64,000 nt of DNA from Candidatus Latescibacterota bacterium (GTDB taxonomy: Bacteria > Latescibacterota > UBA2968 > GCA-2709665): positions 3,264,001-3,328,000 of the forward strand of contig OZ241917.1 in NCBI GenBank assembly GCA_965203805.1, read 5' to 3'. Positions 1-9,884 of the stretch are shown here, piece after piece (positions within the stretch are counted from its first letter, which is position 1; each line of letters opens with the position of its first letter). The notes beneath the pieces are model-generated. The model saw only the letters and a list, made by a program, of their open reading frames with translations. It ran no database searches and was not told where the DNA came from. A program made the translations under genes and the position numbers.

Positions 1-73
1 GGCGCAACGGCTTAGATTTCGATCCGGTAATCCATACGCGCCACCCGTCACTTCTTTGCTGAGGAGCGCATTC

Positions 74-1750
74 ATGCCTCGCCTGACCGGCGGCCGGTTC
101 ATCGCCGAAATGTTCCACGGATACGGCGTCACCCACGTGTTCTTCATGCCCGTGATCGCACCTCTCGCTCTAATGGAAATGGAACGGCTGGGAATCCGGC
201 GCATCATGACCCACGGCGAGAAAAGCGCGGCCTATATGGCCGACGCCTATGCGCGCGTCCGCCGGGGCGCGGGCATCTGCATGGCGCAATCCGTGGGCGC
301 TGCCAACCTCGCTGCCGGGCTGCAGGACGCGTACCTCGCGTGTTCTCCCGTGATTGCCATCACCGGGCGCCAGACCCAGATCAACCGGCACCGGCACGCG
401 TACCAGGAAGTGGACCACGTTGCGCCGTTCGATGCCGTCACGAAGTACAACGTCCTGGTGGACCGGCCCGAGCAGTTGCCCTATTTCCTCCGGCAGGCCT
501 TCAGGGAAGCCACCACGGCAACGCCCGGGCCGGTACACCTCGACATGGCGGGATTCATTGGAGAGGCGGTCGTGAACGACGAGGCCGATCTGGACGTGGT
601 GGCCGAAGAACCCTTCGCCAAACTGCCCCCCTTCCGGCCCGAGCCCGATCCGGAAGCCGTCCACGGGGCGATCGATCTGCTCGCGGCCGCGGAACGGCCC
701 ATTATCGTCGCCGGCGGCGGGGTCATCGCCTCGGGCGCCGGGGCGGAGCTTCAGGATTTCGCGGAGAAGCTCGCCATTCCGGTCGCAACGTCGTTGAACG
801 CCAAAGAGGCCCTTCCCTGGAACCATCCCCTCGGCGTGGGCGTGTGCGGGCTATATTCCCGCGAATGCGCGAACCGCGCCGTTTGCGAGGCCGACCTGGT
901 CTTCTTTATCGGCAGCCACACCGGCGGACAGGTCACGAACGACTGGACGGTCCCTCCGGCCGGCACCCGTGTCATCCAGCTCGACATCAACCCGGCCGAA
1001 ATCGGACGCTCCTACCCGATCCGCCTCGGGATTCAGGCCGACGCGAAAGCCGGGTTGTCGAGGCTGATCGACGCCGCGGACGGGGCCGTCACGCGCAACG
1101 AGTGGACGTCGCGCGTCCGGCAACTCACCGCCCAATGGCGGGAGCGCGTGGCCCCGTACGTCAACTCGGATGAATTACCCATCCGTCCGGAGCGCCTCTG
1201 CCGGGAACTGACCCGGCACCTGCCCTCCGACGCCATTCTCGTTTCCGATACCGGACACGCCGGAATATGGACCGGTACCATGATCGATCTCAACCATCCG
1301 CGTCAGTCCTATATCCGATGCTCCGGCTCCCTCGGCTGGGGCATTCCCGCGGCCGTCGGCGCCCGGTGCGCCGCTCCGGACCGGCCGGTCGTGTGCTTTA
1401 CGGGCGACGGCGGCATCTGGTATCACGTCACGGAACTGGACACGGCCGTTCGAAACGACATACCCGTTGTCATCGTGGTGAACAACAACCATTCCCTGAA
1501 CCAGGAAAAGGGGATCAACGAAGATATCTACGGAGGCCCGGAACCGGGGTCCGACGAACTCTGGCACATGACCGACGGAGACTTTGCGAAAATGGCGGAA
1601 TCGATGGACTGCGCGGGCATTACGGTCCGGCGCGCCGCGGAGTTCGGGAGCGCCCTGGAGCGGGCGATCGGGTCGGGACGACCGGCCGTTATCGACGTCA
1701 AGACCCACATAGACGGGATCGCGCCGCAGGCCTGGTCGCCGCCGGCCTGA
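74..1750 (+). CDS. Thiamine-diphosphate-dependent enzyme, acetolactate synthase large-subunit-like
   Basis: N-terminal HGEKSAAYMADAYAR, PGPVHLD, and C-terminal ThDP motif GDGG...NN; ATG 74 after GAGGAG. Confidence 0.85.
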   Translation: MPRLTGGRFIAEMFHGYGVTHVFFMPVIAPLALMEMERLGIRRIMTHGEKSAAYMADAYARVRRGAGICMAQSVGAANLAAGLQDAYLACSPVIAITGRQTQINRHRHAYQEVDHVAPFDAVTKYNVLVDRPEQLPYFLRQAFREATTATPGPVHLDMAGFIGEAVVNDEADLDVVAEEPFAKLPPFRPEPDPEAVHGAIDLLAAAERPIIVAGGGVIASGAGAELQDFAEKLAIPVATSLNAKEALPWNHPLGVGVCGLYSRECANRAVCEADLVFFIGSHTGGQVTNDWTVPPAGTRVIQLDINPAEIGRSYPIRLGIQADAKAGLSRLIDAADGAVTRNEWTSRVRQLTAQWRERVAPYVNSDELPIRPERLCRELTRHLPSDAILVSDTGHAGIWTGTMIDLNHPRQSYIRCSGSLGWGIPAAVGARCAAPDRPVVCFTGDGGIWYHVTELDTAVRNDIPVVIVVNNNHSLNQEKGINEDIYGGPEPGSDELWHMTDGDFAKMAESMDCAGITVRRAAEFGSALERAIGSGRPAVIDVKTHIDGIAPQAWSPPA

Positions 1751-1770
1751 AACGGGAAGGGAATGCCCCT

Positions 1771-2652
1771 GTGTCCTCATCAGACGTAGACGGTCTCAAG
1801 CTTCTGGTCGTGGTCGCCCATCCGCACGACCTGTGCCACATGGGGGGCACCTGCGCCCACCACGTGGACCGCGGCGACCGCGTTTCCGTGGTGGCGATCA
1901 CCGCCGGGCAGCGCACACACAACGAAAAACTGGCCGACGAACTGCGCAAGCCGCCGGACCTGAGAGATCCGCAGGTGGTCCATGCATCGCAGGAAGATTA
2001 CGCGAAACGCAAGACAGAGGAATTCACAAGGGCATGCGCCGTCTTCGGCGTCACCGACGCGACCGTACTGCCGTTCTCCGATCATCCCCTCGAAGCGACC
2101 GGGGACGTGGTTGCCGCCGTCGCCGGGGTCCTGTACGAGGTCCGTCCTCACATGATTCTGACCCACGCGCCTTACACGCTGCCCGACCGGCGTTTTCAAT
2201 ATGCCTGGGTCAACGACCATACCGCAACCGGCATTGCAGTGCAAAAGGCGCTCAACCACGTGGGCATCCCCGACACCGAGCACGGCCGCGCGCCCCACAG
2301 AGTGGCCGCCATCTACTATACGGGCATCGATTACGGGTTCCACGAGGTCGACGTCTGTATCGATATCTCCGAGCACGTCGACAAGCGGATAGAGGCCGAG
2401 CAAATCTTCGAGTCCCAGGGGCACACGGCGGAATTCGCGAGAAAGCGGATCGAGTCCAGCGCCGGATTTCAGGGATGGAAGGCCGGCACCGGCTACGCCG
2501 AGACCTTCATCCGCGGGTACCGGGAGATTTCCAGGTTTCTGTCCGTCACCGAGGAGAACCTCCGGCTCGCGGGGAGCTCTCACGAGGAACGCCTGCGCTG
2601 GATCACGGGACGAGATCCACACAGCGGCGGGGAGGCCGGGGCGGGCAGATAG
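1771..2652 (+). CDS. PIG-L/LmbE-family deacetylase
   Basis: LLVVVAHPHD...GGT motif, NDH second motif, ESQ, YAETF; GTG start inferred. Confidence 0.75.
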   Translation: MSSSDVDGLKLLVVVAHPHDLCHMGGTCAHHVDRGDRVSVVAITAGQRTHNEKLADELRKPPDLRDPQVVHASQEDYAKRKTEEFTRACAVFGVTDATVLPFSDHPLEATGDVVAAVAGVLYEVRPHMILTHAPYTLPDRRFQYAWVNDHTATGIAVQKALNHVGIPDTEHGRAPHRVAAIYYTGIDYGFHEVDVCIDISEHVDKRIEAEQIFESQGHTAEFARKRIESSAGFQGWKAGTGYAETFIRGYREISRFLSVTEENLRLAGSSHEERLRWITGRDPHSGGEAGAGR

Positions 2653-2798
2653 TCCGAAGGGCCGGGCGCCGCCTGTCGAAGTTGCGGTCCGGGCACGCGG
2701 GTTTGCTGTTGCCCGCGGGGGCCGGATTCCACATATTCCCGCGTCCACGTACGATCATCGCACACGCATTCCACAACCCGATGGCAAGGAAGGTCTTT

Positions 2799-4364
2799 AT
2801 GCAAAACGTCTGTTGTCGTTCCGCTGTCATTCTCAGTTCGATCCTGCTTCTGATTCTCGCCGCTCCAGGCATGGCATTTGCGCAGGATACCGCCGCTTCC
2901 GAAACGGGTAACAGCTGGGTACAGAGCAACCTCGCCGACCTGGACCGGCTCTTCGGAAATACGGTCGAACTGCTGGCCGCGGTCCTCTTCGCGTCCTTCG
3001 GCACCGGCATTCCGCTCATCGTCGTGGTGCTGCTTCTGGGCGGCATCTATTATTCCTTCTTCTTCGGATGGATCTCCGTGAAGGGGTTTCGCCACTCCAT
3101 CGACGTCATCCGGGGACGCTACGACAATCCGGACGATCCGGGGGAGATTTCACACTTCCAGGCGCTTACCAGCGCGCTTTCTGCGACGGTCGGACTCGGA
3201 AACATCGCGGGCGTCGCCATCGCCGTCAGTCTCGGCGGCCCGGGAGCGATTTTCTGGATGCTCGTTACCGCGGTGTTCGGCATGTCCTCCAAGCTCGCTT
3301 CGTGCACCCTGGCCGTCATGTACCGGAAGATACACCCCGACGGCCGCGTCGCGGGCGGGCCGATGTATTACCTGGAAAACGGCCTTAAACGCAAGGGTAT
3401 GGGGGAATTCGGCCGTACCCTGGCAGTCATGTTCGCCTTTCTGACCGTGGGCGGAAGCCTGGGCGGCGGCAATATGTTCCAGGCCAATCAGACGCTGGAA
3501 ATCCTGGGTACCGTTTCGCCGGTCTTCAAGACCTACAACTGGCTGGTCGGCATCGGGCTCGCCGCCATGGTCGCCGTCGTGATCATCGGAGGCATCCGGC
3601 GGATCGGCCGCGTCACGTCGCGGGTGGTGCCCACGATGTGCCTGTTGTACGTGGCCACGTGCCTGCTGATCATCGTTTCCAACTTTACCCGGATTCCGGA
3701 ACTGCTGGCCACGATCTTCAGCCACGCCTTTTCGCCCCAGGCGCTCTACGGCGGCTTCATCGGCGTGCTGGTCACCGGCATCAAACGCGCCGCGTTCTCG
3801 AACGAAGCGGGCCTCGGGTCCGCGGCGTTCGCGCACGCCGCCGCCAGGACCGACGAACCCGCCAGGGAGGGAATGGTCGCGATGATCGGGCCGTTCATCG
3901 ACACGATCATCATTTGCCTGATGACGGGCCTCGTCTGTCTGATCACCGGCGTCTACTCGGATCCGCAGTTCCTCGGCCAGGCCCAGCAGGGTCAGCCGGT
4001 CGGCGCCGCGATGACGGCGGCCGCTTTCGAGACGTTCATCCCCGGCGCCCGCCATGTGCTGGCCATTGCCGTTGTACTCTTCGCGTATTCCACCATGATT
4101 TCATGGTCCTATTACGGCGAGCGGGCCTGGGAGTATCTCTTCGGCGACGGGACGATTCTTGTGTACCGCATCATCTTCGTCGTCTTTGTCTTCCTGGGCG
4201 CCGTTACCGCGCTGACCAACGTACTGAACTTTACCGACATGATGATTCTGGGAATGGCCTTCCCCAACATCATCGGCGGCGTGATCCTCAGCCCCCAGAT
4301 CAAGGCAACGCTCAACGACTACTGGGACCGCCTGAAATCCGGGCAGATGAAGGTGTACAAGTAA
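2799..4364 (+). CDS. Alanine/glycine:cation symporter (AGCS family)
   Basis: GEISHFQAL..ALSATVGLGNIAGVA, GGPGAIFWM, FSNEAGLGS motifs; multiple TM helices. Confidence 0.92.
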   Translation: MQNVCCRSAVILSSILLLILAAPGMAFAQDTAASETGNSWVQSNLADLDRLFGNTVELLAAVLFASFGTGIPLIVVVLLLGGIYYSFFFGWISVKGFRHSIDVIRGRYDNPDDPGEISHFQALTSALSATVGLGNIAGVAIAVSLGGPGAIFWMLVTAVFGMSSKLASCTLAVMYRKIHPDGRVAGGPMYYLENGLKRKGMGEFGRTLAVMFAFLTVGGSLGGGNMFQANQTLEILGTVSPVFKTYNWLVGIGLAAMVAVVIIGGIRRIGRVTSRVVPTMCLLYVATCLLIIVSNFTRIPELLATIFSHAFSPQALYGGFIGVLVTGIKRAAFSNEAGLGSAAFAHAAARTDEPAREGMVAMIGPFIDTIIICLMTGLVCLITGVYSDPQFLGQAQQGQPVGAAMTAAAFETFIPGARHVLAIAVVLFAYSTMISWSYYGERAWEYLFGDGTILVYRIIFVVFVFLGAVTALTNVLNFTDMMILGMAFPNIIGGVILSPQIKATLNDYWDRLKSGQMKVYK

Positions 4365-4377
4365 CCGCGCACATCCG

Positions 4378-4420
4378 CAAAAGAGGGGCGCTGCAACTCG
4401 CAGCGCCCCTCTTTTTATTT
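4378..4420. terminator. Intrinsic terminator
   Basis: AAAAGAGGGGCGCTGC-loop-GCAGCGCCCCTCTTTTT just after the stop codon. Confidence 0.85.
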
Positions 4421-4424
4421 GGGA

Positions 4425-5878
4425 ATCGGTGAGACGGGAGAAGGAAAAATGAAGAATTAAGAATGAAAACCTGAAGGCGGGGAGACGGTAGAGGAAACGA
4501 CCCGCTGGTTCCGGTTTGCCTATGGCATCCTGACAGGGCGCCTGTCGGCGGACAAACACCCGTTGGAACTGCGTTCCGGGCGATCCCAAACTTCACATCT
4601 CTAATTTACTTTTTTCTTCTTCGTCCTTTTTCTTATCCACGTGTACGGACCAAAAAGAAGCGTGCCTGCCTGCCGAGCAGGCTTCGGCGCAGGCAGGCCG
4701 CTCAAACGCCGCGGGGCTGCTTTTCCGCGAACCGCTTCCGTGGAGACACCGGGAGACGTTGCCCTGAAACCCTTACAGGCGTACCTGGACGACGTTGCTG
4801 GACGGACTCGCGCGGAAAAGCCCCATCCCCACCGCCATGCGCTTGAGTGAACTGCGCGAGGTTTGATGCATTTGTGATCTTGACGATTATGCGCTTGAGA
4901 ACCCCCGACACCCCCCCCCAACCTACCCCCTATCCCCCTTCCCGAAGGAAGGGGGAACGGCGATCCTATCAGGGAGTCCTGGTTGTCTCCCCCTCTCCCC
5001 CCGGGAGAGGGGGTTGGGGGGAGAGGTCTGCGGGGCTGGGAGTGGTTCGCTCCTGGCTGCTTCGTTTTTCTTCGTGTCTTCGTGCCTTTGTGTGAGCTGA
5101 CTTTGAATCTTGTTCTGACTATCGCTTCTGTTTCTGGCTGACTGCTGCTTTTCCCCCCTCCTCAGACCTACCCCCTAGCCCCCTTCCTGTGAGGAAGGGG
5201 GAACGGCGATGGGTCGATGGACCAGGCATGCAGACGTGCCGGCTGGCGAATTCCTGTCTATCAGTGTATCTATAGATGACCGGCACGCGATGACTGTCTT
5301 TTCTCCCCCTCTCCCCTTGGGAGAGGGGGCCTGCCTGCCGAGCAGAACTCGGCGCAGGCAGGCCGGGGGGAGAGGTCGCGTAAAAGCGGTGAGACGTAAG
5401 AGGTTAGACGGTAGATGAAGGCGGTGAGACGGTAGAGGTTAGACGGTAGATAATAACGTTACCACAGTGTTTTCACGCTAACCGTGCCTGTTTCTTTACC
5501 GATATGGTAACGACAAGAAAGACCATAGGGCACTGATATCATCTCCCGTCTTACGTCTCACGTCTCCCCGCCTTTCAGACCTACCCCCTAGCCCCCTTCC
5601 TGTGAGGAAGGGGGAACGGCGATGGGTCGATGGACTGGGCATGCAGACGTGCCGGGCTGGCGATTTCCTGTCAATCAGTGTATCTATAGATGACCGGCAC
5701 GCGATGCCTGTCTCTTCTCCCCCTCTCCCCCCGGGAGAGGGGGTTGGGGGGAGAGGTCTGCGGGGCTGGGGGTGGTTCGCTCCTGGCTGCTTTGTTTTTC
5801 TTCGTGTCTTCGTGCCTTTGTGTGAGCTGATTTTCGCTCTTGACTCAAGCTGATTGCTGATGGCTGATTGCTGTTTTT
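4425..5878 (+). repeat. Mosaic intergenic hairpin-module array 1
   Basis: Modules such as gtcctgacagg.., ttttccgcg..cgcggaaaa, ccccttcc..ggaagggg and cgtgccgg..ccggcacg are shared with 8 other loci. Confidence 0.9.
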
Positions 5879-5880
5879 CG

Positions 5881-6855
5881 CTATACATCCGCAATCGACA
5901 CGGGTTCGCCGGTTTCGAGAGACCGGTTCACCGCCACCACGACCTCCTGGGTCCTTACGGCATCCGAGTACGGACATCGCAGCTTCGATCCGTCGCCGGT
6001 ACGCACCGCTTCGATGAAGGCGTTGTCCATCTCCTGCCAGTAGGGGTTGCCGACCTCGATATGTTCCGACCGGTCGCCCTGTACAACGGTAATGGACTTT
6101 CTCTCGTTGTACTGGATCACCATATCCTTCGTGAAAATATCCAGCCCGCCGCGATGGCCGCACGACAGGAAACAGGCCGAAAAGAGCGTTGCCAGCGTGC
6201 CGTTTTCGAAAATCAACGTGGCCGCGCTCGCGTCTTCAATATCGTAGTCCTCCACGTCCGTCATCAACCCCGTACGGCCCCCGGCGAACACGGTTTTCAC
6301 CTCGCCGAAGAGATACCGGGCCATATCGGTCACGTGGACCGTCTGCTCGACGGCCTGCCCCCCGGACATCTGCTTCCGCCGCCACCAGGGGGTGCCCGGC
6401 AGCCCGCCCATCCAGTACCCGATGGCCAGCCCGACCGGACGGTCCGCAAGAAGGTCCCGCGTCCTGTCGATAATGTCCAGGTACCGGCCCTGGAAACCCA
6501 CGCAGGAGATCACGCCGTGCTCCCGGATGGCCGCGTCCGCCTCCCGCGCCGTATCCATGCCGAGCGAGATCGGCTTCTCGACAAAGAGCGCGATTCCCTT
6601 CTCCGCGGCCATAATCTCCTGCGTCTCGTGCGCAAATGGAGGGATGCAGATGTAGACCGCATCCAGTTCCACGTTGTTCAGCATGGACCGGTAATCCGTG
6701 AATACCTTCGCATCCCACTCCGCCGCGGCCTCGGCGGCCTTCGCCCGTTCCACGTCGCAAACGGCCACCACCGACACGTCGTCCATGACTTTCAAATGCC
6801 GGCGATGCGCGCGTGAGATGTTTCCCGCGCCGATGAACCCGACTTTCACCGTCAT
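5881..6855 (-). CDS. Gfo/Idh/MocA family oxidoreductase
   Basis: VGFIGAGNI Rossmann motif, EKP motif, SGG...H. Confidence 0.9.
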   Translation of the reverse strand: MTVKVGFIGAGNISRAHRRHLKVMDDVSVVAVCDVERAKAAEAAAEWDAKVFTDYRSMLNNVELDAVYICIPPFAHETQEIMAAEKGIALFVEKPISLGMDTAREADAAIREHGVISCVGFQGRYLDIIDRTRDLLADRPVGLAIGYWMGGLPGTPWWRRKQMSGGQAVEQTVHVTDMARYLFGEVKTVFAGGRTGLMTDVEDYDIEDASAATLIFENGTLATLFSACFLSCGHRGGLDIFTKDMVIQYNERKSITVVQGDRSEHIEVGNPYWQEMDNAFIEAVRTGDGSKLRCPYSDAVRTQEVVVAVNRSLETGEPVSIADV

Positions 6856-6906
6856 TTACATTTCCTTTACGGTATTCGATCCCAACCCGCCGGTTACGGC
6901 CGGTTT

Positions 6907-9681
6907 CTATTTCAACTCTTGCTTCAGCGCCCTGATCGTCTCTTCCAGCGCCTTCATCTCCTTGCCGGCCTGCTCCCAGTCCCACTGCTGCAGGGCCGAA
7001 CGCACACGGGAATAGTGCGCATCGGCTTTTGCCGCCAGTTCGGCAGCGGACTGCCCGGTCTGCACGGCCACGGAAGCCGCCGGCGCTTCCTCCTCACCGA
7101 TCGCAACGGTGGCGCCTGCTCCGGCCCCGAACAACTCCGACAGGGCCTCTTCGAACGTATTCCGCATCACCACCTGCCCGCCGAAAGCGACAATCACCTG
7201 CTTCAACTCCGGAATCGCCGTACTGCGTTCCTGCTCCCGCCTGGGCGGAGGCTGGCCGCCGGGCATGCCCTCTTCCTGTCCGTACGCCGGCTGTTCGGGC
7301 TCCTGCCTCGCCTGCAGATAGATGGGTTCGACGTAGATGAACGACCGCTCCACCGGGATGGCCAGCAGGTTTCCCCGGATCACCTCCGAGCCCCGCTGCC
7401 CCCACAACGTAAGCTGGCTGGAGATTTCCGGCTGCTGGTCCACCCGCGCTTCGATCTGCATCGGGCCGTAGATCAGCTTGTCTTTGGGCAGTTTGTACAC
7501 CAGGAGATGCCCGTAGTTTTCACCGTCGGACCGAGCCGCGAGCCAGGCGATCATATTGTCCCGCTTTTCAGGCGTGAACGGGACCATCAACAGGAATTCC
7601 TCCCGCTGCTCGCCGGGCAACTTGACGATGATGTAGTAGGGCAGCATCTTCTGCGGCTGGTCGCTGTAGATCTCGTTCGGAATCTCCCAGAGATCTTCCT
7701 GGTTGAAGAAGACGTTGACGTCTTCCATGTGATATGTCCGATACATGATCGCCTGCCTGAAAAACAGGTCGATGGGATACCGCACGTGCGCCCTGAGACC
7801 TTCCGGCATCTCGGACATCGGCTGGAACACGCCCGGGAACATCTCGCCGTAAGCTCGAATCAGCGGATCTTCCGTATCCACCTGATAGAACGTGACCGTG
7901 CCGTTATACGCGTCGACCACAACCTTCACGGAATTCCTGATATAGTTGATCCTCATCCGCCCGGAGCGGGTCGAATACGGGTACATGTCCGAGATCGTGT
8001 ACGCATCCTGAATCCAGTAAAGCCTGCCTTCGGACGCCACGACATAGGGATCGGTGTCGTACATGAGGAAGGGAACCAGCGTCTGAACCCGCTCCCGGAT
8101 CTGCCGGCGGAACATGATGCGGCTCTCAGGCAATATATAGCCGCTCAACAGAAGGCTCACGTCCCAGAACCGGATGGCAAACGACAGCCGATTGATAAAA
8201 CTGCCCGTGGGCACGCCGCCCAGCCCCTCATACGTCGAATACTGGTTCTCGTCGCCCTTCGGGTAGTCGAATTCCTCGATGCCCGTTTTCACGACCACGT
8301 AGGCGTAGGTTCTCTCGCCGTAATAGATCTCGGGCCTCTCGACCTCCAGCCCGGAAACCGAAACGGGCGGTATGTCCTTGACCATAAACGCCGGCAGGCC
8401 CTCCGGCGTCACGTGGTTCACCGGGCTTATGGTCACCCCGTATCCGTGGGTATACTGCAGGCGCTCGTTGACCCAGTTCCTCGCCTGGGACGGCAACCGG
8501 TTGGTATCCAGTTCCCGGGCGGACAACATCACCTGTCTGTAGACCCCGTCTATGGTGTACCGGTCCACGTCCACGCTCGGAAATACGTAATAAGGCCGGA
8601 TCTCCTGAACCTGCTGATAGGTCTGTTTCAGGGGGCGTTCATCCCAGATCCGGATGTTTCGCATCGTCAGGGGGTTGGCCTGAATGTCCGCCAGCGTCAG
8701 GTCTTCAGACGCCTCGAAGGGCTGCTCGACGATCCGGTCCAGCCCGTATGCCCGGTTCGTCGCCTCGATATTGTATTCGATGAAGGGGCCTTCCCGGCGG
8801 AGTTCGCTTGGCTCCACCACCAGCTTCTGCACCAGGGTCGCGGGGACCGCTCCCACGACGATGGTGCCGATAACGAGCACACCGACGCCCCTGAGCGGCA
8901 ACCGGGTATTGGGCTTCCTGACGTTCAGAAACAGGAAAACCGCCGTCGCCAGAAAGACGAACACCATCACCCAGTAGGCCCAGATCTGAACGTTGACATC
9001 CACGTAACCGGCGCCGAAGAACCGCCCCTGCGAATAGAGCAGGCCGTAGATCTTCAGCCGGTACTTCCACGCCAGCGCCAGAAGGAATACGCCGCCCAGC
9101 CCGGAAAGATGGGCCATGGGACGTTCCCCCACCTCGAGCCCTTCCCGGATACCAATGCCCCCTGCCGCGACGTACATCACCACCACGATCAGCGCCGACA
9201 GCACCAGCGCCGCGATCAGAAACCCGGAAAGGAAATCGTAGAACGGCAGCAGGAACACATAGAAGCCCACCTCCCGTCCGAAAATGGGATCCACGGCGCC
9301 GAAGGGCTGTTCGTAGAGGTACCTCAGCAGGACCGGCCACTGGCTGGCGCCGATGTTGCCAAGGATGAAAACCAGTACGGCTGCGATGAACACATGGGTT
9401 TTCCTGGACTGCAATACGCCGGCGGGTTCGTCGTCAACCCGCACCGCCCGCTGTGTCATGCGCCCCGCAATCCACAGGTTCACCCCCACCACAATCGCCG
9501 CGATTGCGCCGAAGACCATGCCCGATCCGAAGCGGGCGCGAATGATACGCCAGAACACCGAATCGTACTCCAGGCTCCTGAACCACAGCCAGTCGGTATA
9601 GTACGACACCAGGAAACTGATTCCGAAGAACCCGCCAACCAGCACGGCAAGAACGATCCATCCCCGCGGACGCCGATCCAT
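6907..9681 (-). CDS. UPF0182 family membrane protein
   Basis: YYTDWLWF, DPIFGREVGFY, NIRIWD, DVDRY, YTHGYG, INYIRNSVK motifs. Confidence 0.92.
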   Translation of the reverse strand: MDRRPRGWIVLAVLVGGFFGISFLVSYYTDWLWFRSLEYDSVFWRIIRARFGSGMVFGAIAAIVVGVNLWIAGRMTQRAVRVDDEPAGVLQSRKTHVFIAAVLVFILGNIGASQWPVLLRYLYEQPFGAVDPIFGREVGFYVFLLPFYDFLSGFLIAALVLSALIVVVMYVAAGGIGIREGLEVGERPMAHLSGLGGVFLLALAWKYRLKIYGLLYSQGRFFGAGYVDVNVQIWAYWVMVFVFLATAVFLFLNVRKPNTRLPLRGVGVLVIGTIVVGAVPATLVQKLVVEPSELRREGPFIEYNIEATNRAYGLDRIVEQPFEASEDLTLADIQANPLTMRNIRIWDERPLKQTYQQVQEIRPYYVFPSVDVDRYTIDGVYRQVMLSARELDTNRLPSQARNWVNERLQYTHGYGVTISPVNHVTPEGLPAFMVKDIPPVSVSGLEVERPEIYYGERTYAYVVVKTGIEEFDYPKGDENQYSTYEGLGGVPTGSFINRLSFAIRFWDVSLLLSGYILPESRIMFRRQIRERVQTLVPFLMYDTDPYVVASEGRLYWIQDAYTISDMYPYSTRSGRMRINYIRNSVKVVVDAYNGTVTFYQVDTEDPLIRAYGEMFPGVFQPMSEMPEGLRAHVRYPIDLFFRQAIMYRTYHMEDVNVFFNQEDLWEIPNEIYSDQPQKMLPYYIIVKLPGEQREEFLLMVPFTPEKRDNMIAWLAARSDGENYGHLLVYKLPKDKLIYGPMQIEARVDQQPEISSQLTLWGQRGSEVIRGNLLAIPVERSFIYVEPIYLQARQEPEQPAYGQEEGMPGGQPPPRREQERSTAIPELKQVIVAFGGQVVMRNTFEEALSELFGAGAGATVAIGEEEAPAASVAVQTGQSAAELAAKADAHYSRVRSALQQWDWEQAGKEMKALEETIRALKQELK

Positions 9682-9884
9682 ATTTTCTCCTTTTTCAAGA
9701 CCACGACGAAACGATGAATTCGACCACAAGAAAACAAAAAAACCGCTTTCTGTCAGCAAAAACATTTCGGCGGGCCGGCGCGGACATGGCGCCGCGCCTA
9801 ATCGTTGACATCCGGCGGCGCCTTTGTCTTATTATCCGTAACGCACATTTGCTTCGGCGGCCCGACCCGAATCAGGAGAAAACC

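Noticed and set aside
1833-2798. N-terminal extension of the symporter ORF (843 aa)
   Set aside because: Overlaps the deacetylase out of frame and is Arg-rich nonsense; a good RBS precedes ATG 2799.
4500-4830. Known ribozyme, riboswitch or tRNA in modules A-C
   Set aside because: I could not find hammerhead, HDV, twister or tRNA consensus cores by eye; an Infernal search would be needed.
6919-9717. 932-aa plus-strand ORF
   Set aside because: Antisense shadow of the UPF0182 gene, typical of high-GC codon bias.
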